Below are positions 33,939 through 43,783 of a stretch of 64,000 nucleotides of DNA, piece by piece. The notes under the pieces were generated by a model, which saw only the letters and a list, made by a program, of their open reading frames with translations, did not search any database and was not told the origin of the DNA. Location: the NCBI GenBank assembly GCA_035193785.1, contig CP136572.1:2612578-2676577 (forward strand), in the 5' to 3' direction. The position numbers and the translations under genes are program-made. The first letter of the stretch is position 1. Each line of letters opens with the position of its first letter. The DNA comes from Planktothrix sp. GU0601_MAG3 (lineage in GTDB: Bacteria; Cyanobacteriota; Cyanobacteriia; Cyanobacteriales; Microcoleaceae).

Positions 33939-34244
33939 ATGCACGCTTTATCTATTCCGACCTGGGTAATTCATATTTCGAGTGTGATTGAGTGGATTGT
34001 TGCGATTTGGTTCATCTGGATTTATGGAGAAGTGACCCAAAATCGAGCTTGGTGGGGTCTTTCCTTCGCTATGTTACCATCTTTAGTCAGCGCCATGTGT
34101 GCCTGTACCTGGCATTATTTTGATAATCCTGCCTCCTTAGAATGGTTAGTTACTTTACAAGCAACGATGACGGTGGTAGGAAATACGACCCTTTGTGTGG
34201 CGGCTTGGTGGATTTGGCGTAATGCAAATTCCGTTAAAAATTAA
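33939..34244 (+). CDS. DUF2499 (Ycf49-like) membrane protein
   Basis: HALSIPTWVIHISSVIEW, MCACTWH. Confidence 0.85.
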   Translation: MHALSIPTWVIHISSVIEWIVAIWFIWIYGEVTQNRAWWGLSFAMLPSLVSAMCACTWHYFDNPASLEWLVTLQATMTVVGNTTLCVAAWWIWRNANSVKN

Positions 34245-34306
34245 GTAGGGGCGGGTTTCTAGTAAATTTCTGCTAATCACCTAAATCTATATTAACCCGC
34301 CCCTAC
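34245..34306. repeat. GTAG-type REP with long loop
   Basis: GTAGGGGCGGGTT...AACCCGCCCCTAC; same arms as in the 8142-8643 units. Confidence 0.8.
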
Positions 34307-34350
34307 TTGGTTTTGTACAAGATTTGATTCCCTCTAACCTTTAAAAAACA

Positions 34351-34647
34351 ATGTTTTCAAAAGATACTTTATTTGCGGTTTCTCTATTTCCCTATCTAGG
34401 GTTTTTGTGGTTTTTAACTCGTTCGGGACAAATGCCCCGTTTAGCTTTAATGGGATTCTATGGAACATTAGTATTTGTCGCAGTAACAATTCCGGCGGGA
34501 ATTTATGCCAAAGTTGCCTATGGGGAATCTTTAGCTAATATTGATTGGTTACATGGCGGGGCGGAGGTCTTTTTAACCTTGGCTAATATTTTACTGGTTT
34601 TAGGCTTTCGCCAAGCAATCATTGAAAAACAATCCTCCCAGCAATAA
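34351..34647 (+). CDS. DUF3593 membrane protein
   Basis: LFAVSLFPYLGFL, LANIDWLHGGAE. Confidence 0.85.
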   Translation: MFSKDTLFAVSLFPYLGFLWFLTRSGQMPRLALMGFYGTLVFVAVTIPAGIYAKVAYGESLANIDWLHGGAEVFLTLANILLVLGFRQAIIEKQSSQQ

Positions 34648-34652
34648 ATAAA

Positions 34653-35867
34653 ATGGTTTCTCCTAAAACTAACCAGGCTTTTATTTTAACCATAAGTGCC
34701 ATCTTGAGTTTATCTTTATTTGGCATTATGGTTTATCTTTTTATCAATCCTAAAACTGGTTTAATTCCAGGGGTTATTTCGGAAACCCAAAAATCAATAA
34801 ACCTTTTAGAAACAAATTCTCTAACCATTGGAATTTTAGGAAAATCGGAGGATTATACCCCATTAGTTGAATATTTAAAACAACAGTTTGGTGATCAAAT
34901 TACTATTAATATTGATAGTAAACTTAGGGAATCGTATCAAGAGGTAAAAAACAAACTTGCCACTAAAAAATGGGATATTGCTTTTACCCTTTCCCCGATG
35001 ATTTCTGTAGCTGCTAAAGATAACGAATATGTTTGGGTAGCGCGAATGTTTCCCCAGTCTCCACCCTATTATCAATCGGCATTATTTGTTGAAAAAAATA
35101 GTTCAATTCAGTCTATTTCTGATTTTGAAAATACCACTCTGATTGCTTTGGGAGATTTTAACTCTGCTTCTAGTTTTTATATGCCTAGTTATGATTTATT
35201 TGGCAAATCTCTACGGGTGACGATGGGACATAGGGGAGAAGTGATTCAAGAATTAGTTAAAACCGGGAAAGCGGATGTCGGTGCGGCATCCTATGAAGCG
35301 GTTAAAAATGATCCTGATTTTAGGGTAATTCAGATTAGTAGAAATATTCCAGGGTCAGGAGTATATCTGTCTCCTAATTTGTCAAATAATGACCAAAAAG
35401 CGATTACCCAAGCATTAGTTAATGCTCCGGCAAATATCCAAAAACAAGCGAATTATGGTGTTGATGGGGAACCGGATTTTTCCTACTTTATCCAAATTAG
35501 CAAAAGAGCAGAAGAAGTATTAAAATGTGGGGATTTTACTCAAAATCCGGTTAACTTTTTTTGTTCTCCAGCCACTTCTAATATTTCAGAGTCTTTGACA
35601 ACAAAATCCAATCAAATTATCGGAATTGTGAATGGTTTAAGCATAGTAGAAAATCAAATGACTCGATTAACATTACAAGCAAAAGATAAAAAGATTTATT
35701 ATGTTTTTCTGAATCCTAAAATTTTGAATCAGATTCCCAATGGCGGCAGCGGGTTAAATCTACAAAATAAAACTATTGCAATTAGAGGAGTTATTCCAGA
35801 ACAACAATCTAATAAAATTGATAAAATTATTATTACTGACTCCAATCAAATCAGTGTTTTAAATTAA
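34653..35867 (+). CDS. PhnD-like phosphate/phosphonate-type substrate-binding protein with N-terminal anchor
   Basis: YYQSALFV, LGDFNSASSFYMP, GKADVGA; no cognate permease genes adjacent. Confidence 0.7.
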   Translation: MVSPKTNQAFILTISAILSLSLFGIMVYLFINPKTGLIPGVISETQKSINLLETNSLTIGILGKSEDYTPLVEYLKQQFGDQITINIDSKLRESYQEVKNKLATKKWDIAFTLSPMISVAAKDNEYVWVARMFPQSPPYYQSALFVEKNSSIQSISDFENTTLIALGDFNSASSFYMPSYDLFGKSLRVTMGHRGEVIQELVKTGKADVGAASYEAVKNDPDFRVIQISRNIPGSGVYLSPNLSNNDQKAITQALVNAPANIQKQANYGVDGEPDFSYFIQISKRAEEVLKCGDFTQNPVNFFCSPATSNISESLTTKSNQIIGIVNGLSIVENQMTRLTLQAKDKKIYYVFLNPKILNQIPNGGSGLNLQNKTIAIRGVIPEQQSNKIDKIIITDSNQISVLN

Positions 35868-35904
35868 AAAATTATCTAGCCGGAGGTCAACTATTATTCT
35901 TAAA

Positions 35905-36498
35905 TTGTTTTTAATAGGTTTATTACCTATTGTTTTCACTCCAGAAAGTTTTTATTCATCCACAGTCGGTTTTACTTCGCCAGAAAATCAACAGACTGTA
36001 GCCACGATTATTCCTGATTTTTCTATCCCTAAAATTACTCCTATACAACCTCAAACAATAGATCTTGACCAATGCGATGAAATTCCATCCGGCTATGGAA
36101 TTCCTGGGTTTAGACCAGGTATTGATCAAAATCAAGTCTTGCAGATGTTTGGGACTCCCGCCGGAATAGAAATAGGATATTGGCCGAATACCCAAGCGGT
36201 TTTTTATCATTTAATTCCTAACCGTGTTAGTTTGGGTTTTTTGTTTGATAAAAAATCGGGTAAATTGCGACAAACAGAGGCAGCATTTTCCCAAGAAGTT
36301 GATTTACAAACTATTTTAATTACTCTCAATAGTATGTCCGGTTGTCGCTTAAATTCTCCCTTAGAATTAGGTCTAAAAAGCGTTTATAACCGTCGAGATA
36401 AAGATTATTATTTTGCCATTGATTCACTCAAGGGAATTATTCAACGAGATCAATATGATCGAATTTATATTGGGATTTGGGAGGCAGATTTACATTAG
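35905..36498 (+). CDS. Hypothetical protein
   Basis: 197-aa ORF; GYWPNT, LRQTEAAF, IYIGIWEADLH resemble the C-terminal domain of some cyanobacterial Ser/Thr kinases. Confidence 0.65.
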   Translation: MFLIGLLPIVFTPESFYSSTVGFTSPENQQTVATIIPDFSIPKITPIQPQTIDLDQCDEIPSGYGIPGFRPGIDQNQVLQMFGTPAGIEIGYWPNTQAVFYHLIPNRVSLGFLFDKKSGKLRQTEAAFSQEVDLQTILITLNSMSGCRLNSPLELGLKSVYNRRDKDYYFAIDSLKGIIQRDQYDRIYIGIWEADLH

Positions 36499-36520
36499 CT
36501 TGCTTAACCAAAAACTAAAT

Positions 36521-36732
36521 TAGCCCTCTTCTGTCACTCTCCGAAAAATCTTGCATTTTTTGAGTCCTCAAGGGTAGACACAGCAAGCGATCACGCTATT
36601 TTTTTCGAGTAGCAATTTCTGAGAGTGCGAAATTGGCTAAAATGGGATCGCCCCATCCCAGATAGTTGACTATAACGTGGCTTTGGAAATTACTAATCAT
36701 AGGAAAAACCGGAGAGTGACAGAAAAGGGATA
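36521..36732. mobile_element. ~210-bp non-coding MITE
   Basis: TIRs CCCTCTTCTGTCACTCTCCG / CGGAGAGTGACAGAAAAGGG (19 of 20 complementary), TA at both outer ends. Confidence 0.8.
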
Positions 36733-36821
36733 TGAACGAGTAATCGGTCGCTTTTGTCAACCTGAATGATAGCAAAAACAATCGCATTTTTTAATTGATA
36801 AATTCAAATGAATAAGGAATA

Positions 36822-39503
36822 TTAATTATTTTCAGCGATCGCTTTGGTTAAATCAATAATGACATCATAGCGAAAATCATCGGCTAATTGAGTTAACAAT
36901 TTACCAATTGACTCCTGAGAAGGTGGAATCTTTTTAATAGCTTCGGCCACTAACCTAGAGTTAAGTTTTAATGCGGCTTGATATAACTCTTGAACAATCG
37001 GTTTTGCCAATAATTCTAACACCTCTGGAGTTAATTCTGCCAGATGGTTTAATTCTAGGGTCGGGGTTTCTAAATCCTCTAAATTTTCTTCATAAATAAA
37101 ACTAACTCCCAAATATTGAGAAATCTTTTCAAATAACCAATCAACTCGGAAAGGTTTGGGAATAAAATCATCACAGCCCGCCGATAAAAATACTAATTGA
37201 TCCTGTTGTAAAGCACTAGCAGTCAAGGCAATAATTATTGTAGATTGACCTGCTTGTAAATGCTGTTTAATCCGTCGGGTTGCTTCATAACCATCCATAA
37301 TCGGCATTCGCATATCCATAAAAATTAAATCTGGTTGCCAATTTTCCCAAATTGTAATGGCTTCTTGACCATTTTCTGCTTCTTTTAATTGAAATCCCAA
37401 GGGTTTTAAAACCTTAATAACTAACTGTCTATTTGTCCAATTATCATCAACTACTAAAATCCGATAGTTGGGTTGGTTAGGGGCTAAACCAATGACTCGT
37501 CGGGTCAATTCCTGAGAACTAATATCGGAAAAAATAGCTAACTTAGCTTGAATATAAAATTTAAAGATTGTGCCTTTTCCAACTTCACTATTAACGGTTA
37601 TTTCTCCCCCCATTAATTGTACAAACTGCTGACTAATAGATAAACCTAATCCAGTTCCTTGTTGAGATTTTCGGCCCGTTTCAGTTTGGATAAATGGTTG
37701 GAATAGTAATTCTAATTCTGCGGCTGAAATTCCCGATCCAGTATCTTCAATTTCAAAGCCAATTAAAATTTTATTTGAGGATATCTTATTATTTAATGGT
37801 TTAACTTTTAAAGTAATAAATCCTTTTTCGGTAAATTTAATTGAATTGCCTAATAGATTAATTAATACCTGTCGTAATTTACTTTCATCGGTTTCAATAT
37901 ATTCAGCCAGACCCAAATCAGAAATAATATTAAACTCTAAACCTTTAGATTGGGCTTTAAATGCTAACATATCTTTAATCGAATCGAGCAGACTTAATAA
38001 ATCAAACTTAGTGGGATTTAATACAATTTGTCCCGCCTCAATTTTAGACATCTCTAAAACATCATTAATTAAATTCAATAGATGTTCTCCACTGCGACCA
38101 ATAATATCTAAATGTTCTTGATGTTCCGCTAACAATACCTGAGAATTTCGCTTTAAATCCCGTTCTATTAGTTGGGTAAATCCTAAAATAGCATTCATCG
38201 GAGTTCGCAATTCATGACTCATGCGGGCAAGAAATTCACTCTTGGCACGGTTGGCGGTTTCTGCGGCTTCTTTTGCTTGTTGTAAGGCAATTTCTGCCTG
38301 TTTGCGATCGCAAATATCCCGCACAATTGCACAGCCATATTCTTTATTATTATATTCTAAATAACTCAAAGTAATTTCAACACTAATTTCTTGACCTGTT
38401 TTGGTTAAATGAACCGATTCAAAAGTAAAAGAACCCTGTTGTTTTAACTCCTCCCAAGAAATCGACCAGGCATCATCAAGGGCTTGGGTATCAATATCTT
38501 TAACCCGCATTTTCAATAATTCTTCTCGGGAATATCCCAAAGCATTACAAGCGGCTTCATTCACATCAAAAAAACGTGCTTGACTATCCGTAAATAAGAA
38601 ATAATCCCTTGATTTTTCAATAGAAAACTGTGTTAATCTCAACTTTTCATCAATTTCTTTTCGTTCGGTAATATCTTCAATTACCCCCAAAATTCCAATC
38701 ACATTTCCCTTAGAATCCTGCATCGGAATCCGACTGATATCTAACCATAATTGTCGCCCATCAGCAGCAAGTTTTTGTTTGGGCGCAATTAGGTGCATTT
38801 CCGCTTGTTTAGATGCCATTACCCGCCGATCCTGGGCGCGAAAAAAGTCTCCAATTTTAGGATCAGAAAATAAATCATGATCGGTTTTTCCCATCACATA
38901 TTCTGGACTTTCTAACTGAGCCGCTTCCGCCCAATTGGTATTACACCCTCTAAAGACTAAATTCGTATCTTTCCAAAATACTTGCTGGGGAATATTATTT
39001 AAAATTAAACGTAAATATTCTTCTCTTTCTTTGATATCTTCTTCCGCTAATTTCCGTAGGGTAATATTCTGAATTTGACTCATCACAGAATAAGGTTTTC
39101 CCTGGGCATCTAAACGCAAATAACCATTGACAATCGCATAAACCCAATGTCCTTGTTTATGTCGATAGCGTTTTTCTAGTTGAAATTGCGAGATTTTTTG
39201 AGTAATTAACTGATTAAAGGACTCAAAACTAATTTTTTGATCATCGGGATGGATAATCTGATTAAATTGAAATTCCATCAATTCCGCGTTAGAATAACCT
39301 AAAAACTGGCAAAAAGCACAATTCACCTCCAAAAAACGCCCCTCCAAGGAAATTTCTACCATTCCAATCGGAGATAAGTGAAATAAATCTCCCCAATGGG
39401 ATTGACTTTCTTGGAGTGCAATTTCCAGTTGCTGACGAGCTTTAGTTTCGGCGGCAAGTTGTTCTTGTAATACTTGTATTTGTGATTCTTTGGAATTGTT
39501 CAT
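36822..39503 (-). CDS. Hybrid sensor histidine kinase (3 PAS, HisKA, HATPase, REC)
   Basis: FLARMSHELRTP, NLLGNSIKFT, DTGSG, GTGLGL, FMDMRMP. Confidence 0.95.
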   Translation of the reverse strand: MNNSKESQIQVLQEQLAAETKARQQLEIALQESQSHWGDLFHLSPIGMVEISLEGRFLEVNCAFCQFLGYSNAELMEFQFNQIIHPDDQKISFESFNQLITQKISQFQLEKRYRHKQGHWVYAIVNGYLRLDAQGKPYSVMSQIQNITLRKLAEEDIKEREEYLRLILNNIPQQVFWKDTNLVFRGCNTNWAEAAQLESPEYVMGKTDHDLFSDPKIGDFFRAQDRRVMASKQAEMHLIAPKQKLAADGRQLWLDISRIPMQDSKGNVIGILGVIEDITERKEIDEKLRLTQFSIEKSRDYFLFTDSQARFFDVNEAACNALGYSREELLKMRVKDIDTQALDDAWSISWEELKQQGSFTFESVHLTKTGQEISVEITLSYLEYNNKEYGCAIVRDICDRKQAEIALQQAKEAAETANRAKSEFLARMSHELRTPMNAILGFTQLIERDLKRNSQVLLAEHQEHLDIIGRSGEHLLNLINDVLEMSKIEAGQIVLNPTKFDLLSLLDSIKDMLAFKAQSKGLEFNIISDLGLAEYIETDESKLRQVLINLLGNSIKFTEKGFITLKVKPLNNKISSNKILIGFEIEDTGSGISAAELELLFQPFIQTETGRKSQQGTGLGLSISQQFVQLMGGEITVNSEVGKGTIFKFYIQAKLAIFSDISSQELTRRVIGLAPNQPNYRILVVDDNWTNRQLVIKVLKPLGFQLKEAENGQEAITIWENWQPDLIFMDMRMPIMDGYEATRRIKQHLQAGQSTIIIALTASALQQDQLVFLSAGCDDFIPKPFRVDWLFEKISQYLGVSFIYEENLEDLETPTLELNHLAELTPEVLELLAKPIVQELYQAALKLNSRLVAEAIKKIPPSQESIGKLLTQLADDFRYDVIIDLTKAIAENN

Positions 39504-39520
39504 AATTAATTACCTTAATC

Positions 39521-40640
39521 TTATTTTGGTAATGTAAAATAGAATGTGGTTCCGATTTCCCATTCTGATTCTAACCAAATTTTTCCTTGATGGCGTTCAA
39601 CTATTTTCTTACAAATTGCTAACCCTACCCCACTGCCTGGATAATCTTGATGGGTGTGAAGACGCTGAAAAACTTGAAAAATCCGATCAAAGTTTTCGGG
39701 TTTGATGCCGATGCCATTATCTTCCACTTTAAATAGCCATTCCTTGGGTTTTTCTTGAACAGAAATTACGATTTTAGGCTGAATATTAGGCCGTTGATAT
39801 TTAATCCCATTCCCAATTAAATTCTGAAATAATTGTCCGAGTTGAATTCGATCTCCCATCAGGGTTGGCAGGGGTTCAGAAGCAATAATGGCACGACTTT
39901 CTTCAATAGCACTATGCAAATGACCTAGGGATTTTCTCAAAACTTCCTGACAGTCTGTCAATTCAAAGTTACGTTTTTTGGTTCCCACTCGACTATATTC
40001 CAGTAGGTTGTGGATTAGTTCTTGCATCCGAATCCCTTCTTCTAAAATTGGGCTAACATATTCCTCGGCTTCCTGTTCTAAATTGATTTCGGATTTTAAG
40101 GCTAATAACAGTTTCTGCAAATCCCGTAATTGTTTGTAAAGGTTGCTGTAAATCATGGGAAACGACATAGGCAAATTCCTCTAACTCTTGATTAGAACGC
40201 TGTAACTCTTGATTTAATTGTTCTAGTTTAAAATTTTTATCTTGTAATTGTCGTTGTAAACGGCGAATGGTGAGTTGATTTTCAATCCGGGCAAAAACTT
40301 CTTCCACCTGAAAAGGTTTCGTAATATAATCCACGCATCCAACCTTAAAGGCCTTAACTTTATCGAAAACATCATCTAAAGCACTCAGAAAAATGACGGG
40401 GATTTCTGCTGTTTCTTCCTGAGTTTTTAAGCGTTCACAAACTTCATACCCGTCCATTTCCGGCATTTTAATATCTAATAATATCAAGTCCGGTGGTTCA
40501 TTGGTCACCGCCATTAATGCTAATTTTCCATTAATAGCACATTGCACCTCATACCCCTGTTCAGTTAAAGTTTTGGATAACAGTCTTAAGTTATCGGGGG
40601 TGTCATCAACAATTAAAATATGACCTTGACAATCTGACAT
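39521..40640 (-). CDS. REC-histidine kinase hybrid; apparent frameshift at 40111-40115
   Basis: ILIVDDTPDN, LDIKMP; SHDLQQPL; DNGIG, GSGVGLAIC. Confidence 0.9.
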
Positions 40641-40780
40641 AAAGTTTTTACCAAAAATCATGGTTTAAAGCATTGCATTTTTATAGCAACTTTTCCAGAA
40701 TAATCTAATCAAGCCAAAATCCCCCTCTTTTATCAAGGGGGTTGGGGTATCTCCGGTGGTCAATCCCTTTTCTGACGGAA

Positions 40781-41117
40781 CTAACCCTCTAAACTATCTA
40801 AACTCAGGGGAACCATATCGCCCTGAAACGTAAGTCCCAGAAACATTGCTTCTTTGGGTCGGATAATATTCCCTGTTAAAACGCAGCGTTTCCTCTTGTT
40901 CTGCAATGGCGGAAATATGGGCGCGGATATCTTCTCGGGCGAGGGAGGGTCGATAATCTCCCGATTTTTGTTGGACATAATTCCAAAGGATATCTCGAAT
41001 CAATGCTTGATAGCCTTTGTTCTTGGCTAGTCCTTTTAATCTCTCTTTGAGATCCCGTTCTAGGCGAATGCTGGTGACTTCCATATCGGTTGTTGAGGTT
41101 CGAGGAAGGGTATACAT
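40781..41117 (-). CDS. Ribbon-helix-helix (CopG-like) transcriptional repressor, TrcR-like; apparent frameshift at 40888-40892
   Basis: MEVTSIRLERDLKERLK...GYQALIRDILWNYV RHH pattern; repaired C-terminus EERCVLTGNIIRP...VPLSLDSLEG. Confidence 0.75.
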
Positions 41118-41138
41118 AATTTTTTATCCTTGAATAAC

Positions 41139-41167
41139 TGGACGTTTCTGTAATATTAGTGTAGTAT
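41139..41167 (+). promoter_or_regulatory. Sigma70-type promoter overlapped by direct-repeat operator
   Basis: -35 TGGACG (41139-44), 17-bp spacer, -10 TAGTAT (41162-67); TGTAATAT (41149-56) and TGTAGTAT (41160-67) repeat at 11-bp pitch. Confidence 0.65.
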
Positions 41168-41174
41168 AAACAAC

Positions 41175-41525
41175 GTGAGATTAAAACTATCTAAAATTAA
41201 GGTTTAGCTTCCTTGTGATCAACCTATCCCCATTTGGGCAAAATTCCAATCGTTTCAAGGGTTCTGGCTCCTACAGTGGAGTCAGACACCCCCATGAAAC
41301 CGGAACTTCTCCCGATGGGGGCCAGTCGTGGGGGGGTGATGGAGATCGACTCGCGGCCGAACCCACCCGGATATCTGCCCACTCTATCCCTCTGAGCATT
41401 CCCAGGTTTTTATTAGATTCACGAAGCGGGAGGTACAAATTTAGATGAATTGTACCCGTATCCCAACTTCAACCCGACTCGGTTGAACCCCCGCTTCCTC
41501 ATCAGAACCAGAGGCGGGGGTTTGT
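41175..41525 (+). ncRNA. Candidate structured non-coding RNA
   Basis: GC-rich intergenic island with nested stems forming a four-way junction (41236-41380), two further hairpins and a terminator-like hairpin (41486-41522). Confidence 0.6.
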
Positions 41526-41662
41526 GTTTGTATTAATTAGTGTAAATGGAGTCAAGCCATGACTAGCCCAACGGACAGATTCAAATCTCGTGTTAACCGT
41601 TAACAATTAACTATCAACCCCCGATAAACCCTTGCTTTTTGCAAAAAGGGATCAATTAATCC

Positions 41663-42055
41663 ATGCTGAAGTTAACTTATACCGAAACTACCTTTCATCT
41701 CGAGCGTCTAAGTCAATCTCCAGAACAACTGGTGGCGCTACGGGTGAAATTGGCGATGCGAATGGGCCAAACCATGGTCGTGCAGCCTAGTTCAGCCTCG
41801 TTTTTGTTACCCGTGGGTTTACCCACCCTCTCGATGTTGGAGGCGTCAATCCGTCAACAGCAGTCAGAAGCGATCGCATTATGTCTGGCGGATACGGAAA
41901 CCCTGGAAGTTAGTTTAACCGGAACTTGGATCACAGTTGATCCAGAGGGTGAAACCGGAATTTTTCTGGCTGTTTTAGGCGATCGCACGGAATCTTTACT
42001 CTATCACCTCTGGCAAAAAGCCTATGGCAGTGCTTCCGTCGTTCGGGATTATTAA
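41663..42055 (+). CDS. alr0857-family protein (function unknown)
   Basis: MLKLTYTE...LERL...RVKLAMR.G...VQPSSASFLLP...EVSLTGTW...GIF. Confidence 0.75.
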   Translation: MLKLTYTETTFHLERLSQSPEQLVALRVKLAMRMGQTMVVQPSSASFLLPVGLPTLSMLEASIRQQQSEAIALCLADTETLEVSLTGTWITVDPEGETGIFLAVLGDRTESLLYHLWQKAYGSASVVRDY

Positions 42056-42057
42056 TT

Positions 42058-42207
42058 AGGGAACAGGGAACAGGGAACAGGGAACGGGGAACAGGGAACA
42101 GGGAACAGGGAACAGGGAACGGGGAACGGGGAACGGGGAACAGGGAACAGGGAACAGGGAACAGGGAACAGGGAACAGGGAACAGGGAATAGGGAATGGG
42201 GAATAGG
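42058..42207. repeat. STRR heptamer array (GGGAACA)n
   Basis: About 20 tandem heptamers with GGGAACG and GGGAATA variants. Confidence 0.95.
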
Positions 42208-42344
42208 CTGCGTCGTGAGCCGTGAGCCGTGAGCCTGTCGAACGGTCGAACGAGAATAGGCAACAGTAGGTTACAAGGTTTAGTATTGTCAAACATCTTA
42301 ATTGGTAGTGCCATAACTATTGCCTATTGCCTATTGCCTATTCC

Positions 42345-42731
42345 CTATTTTTGATAAATTTCCAACGGCAAATGATCCGGATCTTGAAAAAAAGTATATC
42401 GTTTTCCTGTTATTTCATCTAAACGAATCGGTTCTACTTCAATCCCCTTTCCCAATAAATCCGTAACGCTTTGCTCGATATCATCCACCTCAAAGGCTAA
42501 ATGTCTTAAACCACAGGATTCCGGTTGATTCGGTCTTTGGGGAGGATCGGGAAAGGAAAATAACTCAATCTGATCCCGGGTTCCCACTCGTAGATCTAAT
42601 TTATAAGAATTGCGTTCTTTTCTCCAGGTTTCTTGAATAATTTCAAACCCCAAAAGATTGACATAAAAATCCTTAGATTTTTGATAATTAGAACAAATAA
42701 TTGCTATATGATGAATTTTATTAATTTTCAT
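42345..42731 (-). CDS. VOC/glyoxalase family protein (YaeR-like)
   Basis: IHHIAIICS, SYKLDL, IELFSFP, GLRHLAFEV, DPDHLPLE. Confidence 0.9.
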   Translation of the reverse strand: MKINKIHHIAIICSNYQKSKDFYVNLLGFEIIQETWRKERNSYKLDLRVGTRDQIELFSFPDPPQRPNQPESCGLRHLAFEVDDIEQSVTDLLGKGIEVEPIRLDEITGKRYTFFQDPDHLPLEIYQK

Positions 42732-42984
42732 ACTTCTGGATAAAATACCTAATCAGTGATGTCCAAAATTTGGGCCTTTGCTAAAGGTGTAAACTTCTGC
42801 TATTGTATTAAAGTCTGGACTCAAAAACCCTTCAATCCAACTTACCGTATTCGTCCCTATCAATTTTTCTTCCTCAAGACCTAGACTAAAATCCAAATAT
42901 AGAGTATGATTATTGATAATTCCCAATCAAGACGCTATATCTAGTATTTGGGAAAACTATCGTGCAGAATCTAGGTGTTTGCCC

Positions 42985-43597
42985 ATGTCTCATAATTTAA
43001 TTCAGGCTGGAGTGATTGTTCCGAGTCAATGGCCCCTAGCCCGTGTCTGGTTGGAAGTTGCTACCCTACTCAATATCGCACCTCGAAACATTGAGCGCCT
43101 AGAATTCTGGCAACACCAAATTTGGGTAAAAATTGAGCGGAAAAAGGCCGTTTTCGTCAGTTATCGTCGCCTACCTTTATGGAAAGAAACGGGTTTAGAT
43201 GCAATTAAAAATAGTGGCAATCGCCCTGACTTAGATCAATTGGGGGAAATGCTCAGTTTAGAAGTGAAGCAATACCCAACTCAGTATGACTCCTCCGTCC
43301 TAGAAGCATGGCGTTTCCGCCTGGGCGCAAAAATCCCAACAATTCAAACTCGAAGCCCAACGTCAAGCCCAAGAAGAAGAACGTCTCAGACCCATGCGGG
43401 AGCGTCAACAAGCGGGTCAACAGTGGCACGACGGCTGGAAAACCGTTTTGCGTTACTGCAATACCTTTGATGGCTTAGAACGCTTGGCCCCGGAACTTAA
43501 ACAACAAAGTCAAGAATTTGCCGACCTACCCCAAGGAGAAACCGCCATGGAACTTTGGCATCAACGGTGGCAAGAATTGACCCACGCCACAGCCTAG
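42985..43597 (+). CDS. Hypothetical protein; apparent frameshift at 43313-43317
   Basis: The two ORFs fuse as ...VLEAWRSAWAQKSQQFKLEAQRQAQEEERLRPMRERQQ... Confidence 0.65.
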
Positions 43598-43600
43598 TCG

Positions 43601-43731
43601 ATGGTGCTACGCGCTGGGGAACAGGGAATGGGTAATGGGTAATGGGTAATGGGTAATGGGGAATGGGTAATGGGTAATGGGTAATGGGTAATGGGTTTAG
43701 AGGTGTCCTAACTGTAATGCTTAGTGCTATA
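43601..43731. repeat. (AATGGGT)n array ending in a TGCTATA-type element end
   Basis: Heptamer array followed by GTGTCCTAACTGTAATGCTTAGTGCTATA, homologous in inverted orientation to 51608-51642. Confidence 0.8.
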
Positions 43732-43783
43732 GTGCATCGGGTGTTCTTTTATTTCTCACCCTAACTTCAAAGCCTGATTAATT

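Noticed and set aside
41215..41448. 77-aa ORF in the RHH-alr0857 intergenic region
   Set aside because: GTG start without an evident RBS and no recognisable protein features; the base-pairing pattern is better explained by a structured RNA, though translation is not formally excluded.
41560..41569. TGACTAGCC resembling a Y RNA 3' stem
   Set aside because: No matching 5' GGCTGGTCCGA-like strand, no Ro60 gene in the window, and it lies beyond the terminator-like hairpin.
41931..42314. ORFs rich in PCSLFPV
   Set aside because: They are translations of the GGGAACA heptamer array.
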